DNA from: Chiloscyllium plagiosum
Lineage: Eukaryota
DNA: 20,000 nucleotides
NCBI RefSeq assembly: GCF_004010195.1
Contig: NC_057719.1
Location: forward strand, 10,675,490 to 10,695,489
Direction of reading: 5' to 3'
Position numbers and translations under genes: made by a program. This document shows, one piece after another, positions 8,163-18,701 of the stretch. The notes under the pieces were generated by a model that saw nothing but the letters and a program-made list of their open reading frames with translations, ran no database searches and was not told the origin of the DNA. Numbering within the stretch: the stretch's first letter is position 1; each line of letters starts with the position of its first letter.

Positions 8163-8972
8163 CCTGGTCAGGTCCACACCCTCCCCAACAAACCACCCTC
8201 CTGTCCTGACACCTTCCCCTGCCACCGCAGGAATTGCAAAACCTGCGCCCACACCTCCTTCCTCACCACCATCCAAAGGAGCCTTCCACATCCATCAGCA
8301 TTTTACCTGCACATCCACCAATGTCATTTATTGTATCCGTTGCTCCCGATGCGGTCTCCTTTACTTGGGGAGACTGGACGCCTCCTCGCAGAGCGCTTTA
8401 GGGAACATCTCTGGGACACCCGCACCAATCAATCCCACTGCCGTGTGGCCCAACATTTCAACTCCCCCTCCCACTCTGCCGAGGACATGGAGGTCCTGGG
8501 CCTCCTCCACTGCCACTCCCTCACCACCCGACGCCTGGAGGAAGAACACCTTATCTTCTGTCTCAGAACACTTCAACCCCAGGGCATCAATGTGGACTTC
8601 ACCAGTTTCCTCATTTCTCCTCCATCCACCTTACCCCAGTTCCAACCTTCCAGCTCAGCACTGTCCTCATGACCTGTCCTACCTGCCAATCTCCCTTCCC
8701 ACCTATCCACTCCACCCTCCCCTCTGACCTATCACCTCCATCCCCACCCCCATACATCTATTGTACTCTTTGCTATCTTCTCCCCAGCCCCACCCCCCAC
8801 CTACATTTATCTCTCCACCCTGGAGGCTTCCTGCCTCTATTCCTGATGTAGGGCTTTTGCCCGAAACGTCGATTTTCCTGCTCCTCGGATGCTGCCTGAC
8901 CTGCTGTGCTTTTCCAGCACCACTCTGATCTAAACTCTGATTTTCAGCAAATGCAGTCCTCACTTTTGCCTA
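8163..8972 (+). mobile_element. Penelope-like element 3' part: frameshifted GIY-YIG endonuclease, C-rich UTR, hammerhead and terminal tail
   Basis: TFPCHRRNCKTC, then from 8281 FHIHQHFTCTSTNVIYCIRCSRCGLLY, then (frameshift) GETGRLLAERFREH...VAQHFNSPSH...RRLEEEHLIFCLRTLQPQGINVDF. This contains the VIY/Y(I)G motifs, conserved R, E and N, and Cys pairs. Confidence 0.9.
8839..8874 (+). ncRNA. Minimal hammerhead ribozyme with one core substitution
   Basis: attc CTGATGT A GGGC-TTTT-GCCC GAAA CG TC gatt. Helix II and the GUC site are perfect, but CUGAUGA reads CUGAUGU. Confidence 0.7.
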
Positions 8973-8974
8973 GT

Positions 8975-10175
8975 ACTTCAGATGTTGCCTCACCAATACC
9001 CTACACAGCTGCAACATAACCTCTCTGCTCTTAAACTCCATCCCTAGCGCAATGATAATATTCCATTTGTTGTCTTAATTACCTGCTGCACCTGCAAACC
9101 AACCTTGTATGATTCATGCACACGGACACTCAGGTCCCTCTACACAGTAGCATGCTGCAATTTTTCACCATTTAAATACTAGTCCATTTTGCTGCTATTC
9201 CTACCAAAATGGATGATGTCACATTTACCAAAATTGTATTCCATCTGCCAGACCCTTTCCCACTCACTTAAACTATTTATATCCCTCTGCAGACTTTCAG
9301 TGTCCTCTGCACATTCTCTGTACCACTCATCTTAGTGGCATCTGTGAACTTTGACACACTACACTTGGCCCCCAACTCTAAATCATCTCTGTAAATTGTA
9401 AGCAATTGCAGTCACAACACTGATCCCCTGAAGCATCCCACTAGTTACTGATCACCAGGCAGAAAAACACATTTATCCCACTATTTGCTTTCTATGAGGT
9501 AACCAATCCTCTATCCATGTTAATACATTGCCCATAATGCCATATATTATGCATCAGCCTTTTGTGTGACACTATGTCAAAGGTCTTCTGGGAAATCCAA
9601 ATGGATCACATTTACTGGCTCTCCTTTATCTAACTTGCTTGTTACCTCCTCAAAGAATTCTAAGATAGGTCAGGCATGATCTCCCCTTGACAAAGCCATG
9701 CTGGCTCAGCCCTACTTTACCGTGCACTTCCAAGTACTTTGCAATCTCATTCTTAATAATGGATTGTAAAAGGTGACCAACAAATGAGGTCAGGTTAACC
9801 AGCCCTTAGTTTCCTGTCTTCTGCCTCCTTCCCTTCTTAAACAGGGATGTTACATTAGCCATTTTCCAGTGATTCCTGAAAGATTGCCACTAATGCCTCT
9901 ATAATCTCCTTAGCTATCTCCTGAAGAACTCTGGGATGTAGTCCATCTTGTCCAGGTATTTTATCCACCTTCAGATCTTTCAGCTTCCCCAGCACCTTCT
10001 CCTTAGTGATGGCCACTACACTCATCTGTGCCCCTGAGTCTCTTAAAGTTCTGGAATGCAGCTGGTATCTTCCGCTGTGAAAACTGATGCAAAGTAGCTA
10101 TTCAGTTCCTCTGTTACTGCTTCTCCAGGCTCACTTTACAGTGGTCCAATGTCCTCTTTTGCTTCCCTGGCACCT
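8975..10175 (-). mobile_element. CR1-clade LINE ORF2 (tether plus RT) fragment
   Basis: Minus strand gives EELNSYFASVFT, LKVDKIPGQDGLHPRVL, NVTSLFKKG, QHGFVKGRSCLT, KFTDATKMSG, WQMEYNFGKCDIIHFG. Confidence 0.9.
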
Positions 10176-10179
10176 GCAG

Positions 10180-12492
10180 AATCATGAGGGAGGTGCTGGG
10201 TAGAATTGACAGGGAGAGGAGCCAAGCAGGGATGACAGTGAAACAGCAATGGCAGGTGTTTCTGGAGTAATTCAGGAGACACAGTGGAGATTCATCCTGA
10301 GGAAAAAGAAATATGATACAGGGAGGATGAGGCAACCATGGCTGACTAGGGAAGTCAGGGATAGCATAAAAGCAAAAGAGAAAGCAGATAATGTGGCGAA
10401 GGACAGTGGGAAACCAAAGGATTGGGAAGCTTACAAAGACCAACAGAGGGCATCAAAAAAAAGAAATGAGGGAAAAGATTAAAAATGAGGGTAAGTTGGC
10501 CAATAATACAGAGGGACCTTGATTATCTGAATGACATGGGCGGGGAGTATTTTGTCAGATAATTGAATGTTCAAATAATTGAATGCCAAACAACACAGTT
10601 TAGCCAAGCATCAGGACCATGCAATCTTGCCCAATAACCTGAAATTGGGATAATCGAATGCCAGATAATCGAGGTTCCTCTGTATAAAGGAAGACTCTGA
10701 GAGATTTTTTTCTTCGATATGTGACAGGTAAAAGAGAGGCAAAATTGGAAATGAAGCCATTGGAAAAGGACGCTGGAGAGATAGGAGTGGGGAACAAGAA
10801 TGCCTGAGGAACCGAATAATTACTTTGTGTCAGTCTTCATTGTGGAAGACACGAGTAATATCCAAAGAACTCAAGAGAGTGGGGGGACAGAGCTGAGTAT
10901 GTTATCACCAAGGAGAAGGTGCCAGAAAAACTGAGTGGTATAAAGGTGGATAAATCACCTGAACCCCAAAGTTCTAGGGGAGATAGCAGAAGAAATAGTG
11001 GAGGTGTTAGTCGCGATCTTTCAGGAATCACTAAAATCAGGGAGGGTCCCAGGGGTTTCGAAAATCATTAACGTGACACCCCTGTTTAAAAATGGAGTAA
11101 GGCAAAAGACGGAAAATTACAGACCAATAAGCCTAACCTCGATCATGGGTAAGATCCTGGAATCCATTGTGAAAGATGAGATGTTTGAATACTTGGAAGC
11201 ATATGGCAAAATAGAGCAAAGTCAGCAGTTTCATCAAGGGGAGGTTATGTCTGACAAATCTACTAAAATTCTTTGAGGAAGTAACAAGCAGGTTAGACCA
11301 AGGAGAGCCAATGGATGTTATCTACCTGTACTTCAAGAAAGCCTTTGGTGCCACACAGGAAGCTATTGAGTAAGATAAGGGACCATGGTTTTAGAGATAA
11401 GGTGCTAGCATGGATTGAACCTTGACTGACTGGCAGAAAGCAGAGAGTGGGGATAAAAGGGCCTTTCTCAGGATGGCACCCGGTGACAAGTGGTGTTCCA
11501 CAAGGGTCAGTGTTGGGACCACAACTTTTCACTTTATACATTATTGATCTGGAGGAAGGAACTGAGGGCATTCTGGCTAAGTTTACAGGCGATACAAAAA
11601 TAGGTTGAGTGACAGGGAGCATTGAGGAGGTGGGGAGGCTGCAGAAGGATTTAGACAGGTTAGGAGAGTGGACAAAGAAGTGGCAGATGAAATACAATGC
11701 AGGAACATATGAGGTCATGCACTTTGATAGGAAGAATAGAGGCATGGACTATTTTCAAAATGGGGAGAAAATTCAGAAGTCTGAAGTACATAGAGACTTG
11801 GGAGTTCTAGTCCAGGATTCTCTCAACATAACCTTACAGGTTGGATCAGTAGTTAGGAAGACAAGGACATTTATTTTGAGAGGACTTGAATATTTAAGCA
11901 GGATGTATGTCTGAGGCTCTATCAGGCTCTGGTCAGACCACATTTGGAGTATTGTGCGCAATTTTGGGCCCCATGTTCAGGAAGGATGTACTGGCCCTGG
12001 AGGGGGTTCAGGGGAGGTTCACGAGAATGGTCCCAGGAATTAAAAGCTTAACATATGAGAAACGTTTGAGGTCTCTGGGTTTGGACTCTATGGAGTTTAG
12101 AAGGATGAGGGGGGGATCTAATTGAAACATACAGAATACTGAATGGCCTGGACAGAGTGGATGTTGGGAAGATGTTTCCATTGGTAGGAGACACTAGGAC
12201 CCGAGGGCACAGAGGAAGAGGAAAGGTAAGACCGAATAGAACGAAGATAAGGAGAAACCTCTTCAGCCAGAGAGTGCTGAATCTATGGAATGCATTGCCA
12301 CAGAAGGCTGTGGAGGCCAGATCACTGAGTAAATTTAAGAGTGAGAGAGAGAGGTTCTTGAGTATCAAGGGTTACAGGGAAAAGGCGGGAGAATGGAGAT
12401 GAGAGATTTATCAGCCACTATTGAATGGTTGAGCAGACTCAATGGGCTGAATGGCCTAATTTCTGCTCCTATGACTTATGGTCTTCTGGTCT
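10180..12492 (+). mobile_element. 5'-truncated CR1-clade LINE (~2.1 kb without the MITE), ORF2 decayed, 3' tail present
   Basis: [93 protein letters not shown]; tail gggctgaatggcctaatttctgctcct followed by (cttatggt)-like repeats. Confidence 0.93.
10509..10682. mobile_element. 174-bp Tc1/mariner (pogo/Tigger-type) MITE with 21-bp TIRs and TA target duplication
   Basis: Left TIR cagagggaccttgattatctg (10509-10529) and right TIR cagataatcgaggttcctctg (10662-10682) differ at 2 positions. TA at 10507-10508 and 10683-10684. Removing the element and one TA restores the LINE reading KLANNIKED. Confidence 0.9.
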
Positions 12493-13535
12493 AAATCCCA
12501 GTACCTTTGGTTCCTCACTAATCTTCATCACATTATAAACTTGTTCTTTAACTTTTATGCAATCTCTGACTTGCCTTGTCAGCCATAGTTGCCTCGTCCT
12601 CCCTTTGGTGTGCTTCTTCTTCCTTGGGATGAATTTCTGCTCTGCCTCCCGAACTACCCCCAGAAACCATTGCGGCTCCATCTTCCCTGCTAGACTCCCC
12701 TTCCAAAGAACTCTAGCTGATTCCTCCCCCTTGTCTTTATAGTTACTTTTGCTCAATTGTACAACTGTCACATCCGAGTACAGTTTCTCCCTCTCAAACT
12801 GCAGGGTGAATTCTAACATACTATGGTCACTGCCCCCTCGGGATTCCTTCGCGTTAACTCCATTATCAATCTGCCTCATTACACATCACCAAATCCAGAA
12901 TTGCCTGGTTTCTAGTGGGCCCTACTACAAACTCCTCCAGAGAAACCATCTCGTAGATATTCCACGAATTCCTTTTCTTGAGATCTGCTACCGACCTGGT
13001 TTTCCCAGTCCACCTGCACATTGAAGTCCCTCATGATTATTGTAATAGTGCCTTTCTAACATGCCTTTTCTATCTCCTGATTTATTTTCTGCCCCACATC
13101 CTGACTACAGCTGGGAGGCCTGTGCATAACTCCCACCAGGACCTCTTTTCCTTTGCAGTTCCTCAACTGAGTGGCACAGTGGCACAGTGGTTAGCACTGC
13201 TGCCTCATAGCAGCAGAGACCTGGGTTCAATTCCTGCCTCAGGCAACTGTCTGTGTGGAGTTTGTACATTCTCCCCATGTCTGTGCGGGTTTCCTCCAGG
13301 TGCTCCGGTTTCCTCCCACAGTCCAAAAATGTGCAGGTCAGGTGAATTGGCCATGCCAAATTGCCCGTGGGGGAATGAGTCTGGGTGAGTTGATCTTCGG
13401 AGGGTCGGTGTGGACTTGTTGGGCCAAAGGGCCTGTTTCCAAACTGTAAGTAATCTAATAAAAACTCTACCCATACAGATTAAACTCTATATCACTTCTT
13501 GCTATTGATTTCATTTCTTACTAACAAAGTAATGC
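12493..13535 (-). mobile_element. CR1-clade LINE ORF2 N-terminal (APE endonuclease) fragment, interrupted by a SINE
   Basis: ORF 12469-12879 has GGSDHSMLEFTLQFE...FIPRKKK...WLTRQVRDCIKVK. Upstream on the minus strand are IIMRDFNV (GDFN motif), GVMHRPP and ITLLVRNEI. Confidence 0.88.
13169..13462 (+). mobile_element. Near full-length HE1-like V-SINE (tRNA-derived)
   Basis: A box TGGCACAGTGG at 13180-13190, B box GGTTCAATTCC at 13224-13234, V-domain gggtttcctccaggtgctccggtttcctcccacagtccaaa, LINE-like tail gggccaaagggcctgtttcc. TSD AACT at 13165-13168 and 13463-13466. Confidence 0.92.
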
Positions 13536-13539
13536 AGTT

Positions 13540-13995
13540 TCGTACAACATCCTCAGTTCCTGCGTTGAGTGCTCTATTCCTCTCTGTTGGCCCTTCATGT
13601 GCTGTGCCTGAAGTTACATTCCTGACCCTTTCCATACTCTCTGTCTTGTTACTTGTTCTGGAACTTTTAACCACCTCTGCTGATCCCTTTCCCTCCCTTG
13701 AATCTTTTTCCATAATTTTCCATGCAACTGAATCCACTAGCTATTTCATGTAGAGCCCTATCCGCAGCCCTTGTTATGCAATTTGCTCGGACTCTGACAC
13801 CAGGTAGGCATCACAGCCTTCAGGACTCTCAATCGTAGCAAGAGAGCACAGTATGGAAAAAAAACTCCATTCCCCTGACTACACTATCTCAGTCTACAAC
13901 TACATTTTTCCCTGATCCCCCCTCTTGAATGACTCCCTGTACCACCTGTACCATGGCACTAAGGTCAGTTTGCTTGTTCTCCCTGCAGCCCTCAC
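13540..13995 (-). mobile_element. CR1 LINE 5' region relic including the ORF1 SGNH/GDSL esterase motif
   Basis: Minus strand 13910 to 13781 translates KNVVVD*DSVVRGME...D*ES*RL*CLPGVRVR, matching the CR1 ORF1 esterase block VVVGDS.VRG...CLPGARV. Confidence 0.7.
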
Positions 13996-13998
13996 TCT

Positions 13999-14150
13999 CA
14001 TAGAATCATATGAACATACAATCCCCACAGTCTGGAAGCAGGCCAATCGGCCCATCAAGTCCACACTGATCCTCCGAGCAGCATCCCACCAAGATGCAAC
14101 CCCAATCATATCCCTGTAACCCCGCATTTCCCATTGCTATTTAACCTGGC
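13999..14150 (-). mobile_element. HE1-like SINE 3' part, which runs directly into the tandem array
   Basis: cacagtctggaagcaggccaatcggcccatcaagtccacactgatcctccga aligns to the reverse complement of 13395-13448 and to 6630-6680. Confidence 0.85.
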
Positions 14151-17100
14151 CTGCACATCCCGGGACACTATGTGTAACTTAGCATGGCGAATCCACCCTA
14201 ACCTGTACATCCCTGAACACTATGTGTAATTTAGCATGGCCAATCCACCCTAACCTGTACATCCCTGAACACTATGGGGTAATTTAGCATGGCCAATCCA
14301 CCCTAACCTACACATCCCCGGACACTATGTGTAACTTAGCATGGCCAATCCACCCTAACCTGTACATCCCTGGATAATATGGGGTAATTTAGCATGGGCA
14401 ATCCATCCTAACCTGCACATCCCTGGACGCTGTGTGTAACTTAGCATGGTCAATCCACCCTAACCTGCACATCCCCAGACACTATGTGTAATTTAACAAG
14501 GCCAATCCACCCTAACCTGTACATCCCTGGACACTATGGGGCAATTTAGCATGGCCATTCCACCCTAACCTACACATCTCCAGACACTGTGTGTAATTTA
14601 GCATGGCCAATCCACCCTAATCTACACATCCCTGGACACTATTGGGTAAGTTAGCATGGCCTATCCACCCTAACCTACACATCCCTGGACGCAATGTGTA
14701 ATTTAGCATGGCCAATCCACCCTAACCTACACATCCCCGGACGCAATGTGTAATTTAGCATGGCCAATCCACCCTAACCTACACATCCCCGGACGCAATG
14801 TGTTATTTAGCATGGCCAATCCACCCTAACCTACACATCCCCAGACACTATGTGTAATTTAGCATGGCCAATCCACCCTAACCTACACATCCCCAGAGGC
14901 AATGTGTTATTTAGCATGGCCAATCCACCCTAACCTACACATCCCCAGACACTATGTGTAATTTAGCATGGCCAATCCACCCTAACCTACGCATCCCCGG
15001 ACACTATGTGTAATTTAGCATGGCCAATCCCCACCCTAACCTACACATCCCCGGACACTATGGGTAATTTAGCATGGGCAATCCCCAGCCTAACCTACAC
15101 ATCTCCGGACACTATGTGTAATTTAGCATGGGCAATCCCCACCTTAACCTACACATCCCTGGACACTATGTGTAATTTAGCATGGCCGATCCACCCTAAC
15201 CTACACATCCCCGGACACTATGTGTAATTTAACATGGGCAATCCCCACCCTAACCTACACATCCCCGGACACTATGTGTAATTTAGCATGGGCAAACCCC
15301 ACCGTAACCTACACATCCCCGGTCACTATGTGTAATTTAGCATGGGCAATCCCCACCCTAACCTACACATCTCCGGACACTATGTGTAATTTAGCATGGG
15401 CAAACCCCACCCTAACCTACACATCTCCGGACACTATGTGTAATTTAGCATGGGCAATCCCCACCCTAACCTACACATCCCCGGGCACTATGTGTAATTT
15501 AGCATGGCCAATCCACCCTAACCTACACATCCCCAGGCACTATGTGTAATTTAGCATGGGCAATCCCCACCCTAACCTACACATCCCCGTCTCTATGTGT
15601 AATTTAGCATGGGCAATCCACCCTAACCTACACATCCCCGGGCTCTATGTGTAATTTAGCATGGGCAATCCCCACCCTAACCTACACATTCCCGTCTCTA
15701 TGTGTAATTTAGCATGGGCAATCCCCACCCTAACCCACACATCCCCGGACACTATGTGTAATTTAGCATGGGCAATCCCCACCCTAACCTACACATCCCC
15801 GTCTCTATGTGTAATTTAGCATGGGCAATCCACCCTAACCTACACATCCCCGGCACTATGTGTAATTTAGCATGGCCTATCCACCCTAACCTACACATCC
15901 CCGGACACTATGTGTAATTTAGCATGGGCAATCCCCACCTTAACCTACACATCCCCGGACACTATGTGTAATTTAGCATGGACAATACACCCTAACCTAC
16001 ACATCCCCGGGCACTATGTGTAATTTAGCATGGGCAATGCACCCTAACCTACACATCCCCGGACACTATGTGTAATTTAGCATGGACAATCCCCACCCTA
16101 ACCTACACATCCCCGGGCACTATGTGTAATTTAGCATGGCCTATCCACCCTAACCTACACATCTCTGGACACTATGTGTAATTTAGCATGGCCTATCCAC
16201 CCTAACCTACACATCCCCGGACACTATGTGTAATTTAGCATGGCCAATCCCCACTAACCTACACATCCCCGGACTATGTGTAATTTAGCATGGGCAATCC
16301 CCACCCTAACCTACACATCCCCGTCTCTATGTGTAATTTAGCATGGGCAATCCCCACCCTAACCTACACATCCCCGTCTCTATGTGTAATTTAGCATGGG
16401 CAATCCCCACCCTAACCTACACATCCCCGTCTCTATGTGTAATTTAGCATGGGCAATCCCCACCCTAACCTACACATCCCCGTCTCTATGTGTAATTTAG
16501 CATGGGCAATCCCCACCCTAACCTACACATCCCCGTCTCTATGTGTAATTTAGCATGGGCAATCCCCACCCTAACCTACACATCCCCGTCTCTATGTGTA
16601 ATTTAGCATGGGCAATCCCCACCCTAACCTACACATCCCCGTCTCTATGTGTAATTTAGCATGGGCAATCCCCACCCTAACCTACACATCCCCGTCTCTA
16701 TGTGTAATTTAGCATGGGCAATCCCCACCCTAACCTACACATCCCCGTCTCTATGTGTAATTTAGCATGGGCAATCCCCACCCTAACCTACACATCCCCG
16801 TCTCTATGTGTAATTTAGCATGGGCAATCCCCACCCTAACCTACACATCCCCGTCTCTATGTGTAATTTAGCATGGGCAATCCCCACCTTAACCTACACA
16901 TCCCTGGACACTATGTGTAATTTAGCATGGGCAATCCCCACCCTAACCTACACATCCCCGTCTCTATGTGTAATTTAGCATGGGCAATCCCCACCCTAAC
17001 CTACACATCCCCGTCTCTATGTGTAATTTAGCATGGGCAATCCCCACCCTAACCTACACATCCCCGTCTCTATGTGTAATTTAGCATGGGCAATCCCCAC

Positions 17101-18701
17101 CCTAACCTACACATCCCCGTCTCTATGTGTAATTTAGCATGGGCAATCCCCACCCTAACCTACACATCCCCGTCTCTATGTGTAATTTAGCATGGGCAAT
17201 CCCCACCCTAACCTACACATCCCCGTCTCTATGTGTAATTTAGCATGGGCAATCCCCACCCTAACCTACACATCCCCGTCTCTATGTGTAATTTAGCATG
17301 GGCAATCCCCACCCTAACCTACACATCCCCGTCTCTATGTGTAATTTAGCATGGGCAATCCCCACCCTAACCTACACATCCCCGTCTCTATGTGTAATTT
17401 AGCATGGGCAATCCCCACCCTAACCTACACATTCCCGTCTCTATGTGTAATTTAGCATGGGCAATCCCCACCCTAACCAACACATCCCCGGACGCAATGT
17501 GTAATTTAGCATGGCCAATCCACCCTAACCTACACATCCCCGGACACTATGTGTAATTTAGCATGGGCAATCCCCACCCTAACCTACACATCTCCGGACA
17601 CTATGTGTAATTTAGCATGGACCATCCCCACCCTAACCTACACATCCCCGGGTACTATGTGTAATTTAGCATGGCCAATCCACCCTAACCTACACATCCC
17701 TGGACACTATGTGTAATTTAGCATGGCCGATCCACCCTAACCTACACATCCCCGGACACTATGTGTAATTTAGCATGGGCAATCCCCACCCTAACCTACA
17801 CATCCCCGGACACTATGTGTAATTTAGCATGGCAATCCCCACCCTAACCTACACATCTCCGGACACTATGTGTAATTTAGCATGGACAATCCCCACCCTA
17901 ACCTACACATCCCCGGGCACTATGTGTAATTTAGCATGGGCAATACACCCTAACCTACACATCCCTGGACACTATGTGTAATTTAGCATGGCCGATCCAC
18001 CCTAACCTACACATCCCCGGACACTATGTGTAATTTAGCATGGGCAATCCCCACCCTAACCTACACATCCCCGTCTCTATGTGTAATTTAGGAAGGTCAA
18101 TCCACCCTAACCTACACATCCCCGGACACTATGTGTAATTTAGCATGGCCGATCCACCCTAACCTACACATCCCCGGACACTATGTGTAATTTAGTATGG
18201 GCAATCCACCCTAACCTACACATCCCCGGACACTATGTGTAATTTAGCATGGGCAATCCCCACCGTAACCTACACGTCCCCGGGCACTCTGTGTAATTTA
18301 GCATGGGCAATCCCCACCCTAACCTACACATCTCCGGACACTATGTGTAATTTAGTATGGGCAATCCCCACCCTAACCTACACATCTCCGGACACTATGT
18401 GTAATTTTGCATGGGCAATCCCCACCCTAACCTACACATCCCCGGGCACTATGTGTAATTTAGCATTGCCAATCCACCCTAACCAACACATCCCCGGGCA
18501 CTATGTATAATTTAGCATGGGCAATCCACCCTAACCTACACATCCCCGGACACTATGTGTAATTTAGCATGGCCGATCCACCCTAACCTACACATCCCCG
18601 GGCACTATGTGTAATTTAGTATGGGCAATCCACCCTAACCTACACATCCCCGGACACTATGTGTAATTTAGCATGGCCTATCCACCCTAACCTACACATC
18701 C
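14143..18701. repeat. SINE-derived minisatellite/satellite array, 52-54-bp unit, roughly 85 copies
   Basis: Consensus ggacactatgtgtaatttagcatgggcaatccccaccctaacctacacatcccc (54 bp), with 52- and 53-bp variants. The unit matches the reverse complement of SINE positions 13329-13366. Copy number was estimated as length divided by period. Confidence 0.97.

Noticed and set aside
8112..8672. 186-aa ORF as a functional nuclease gene
   Set aside because: The GIY-YIG motif region is out of frame because of two compensating frameshifts, and the ATG lies outside the element.
11293..11745. 150-aa minus-strand ORF and similar antisense ORFs (118-393, 4094-4429, 12048-12368)
   Set aside because: These are shadow ORFs antisense to LINE RT sequence.
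13169..13245. tRNA gene
   Set aside because: The A and B boxes are the head of a SINE, followed by the V-domain, LINE-like tail and TSD. The same applies to 651-710.
15006..18510. Repetitive ORFs (MCNLAWAIPTLTYTSPDT)n
   Set aside because: These arise from runs of the 54-bp unit. The 52- and 53-bp units break the frame repeatedly.
14143..18701. CRISPR-like array
   Set aside because: Units abut head to tail with no unique spacers, there are no cas genes, and the context is eukaryotic.
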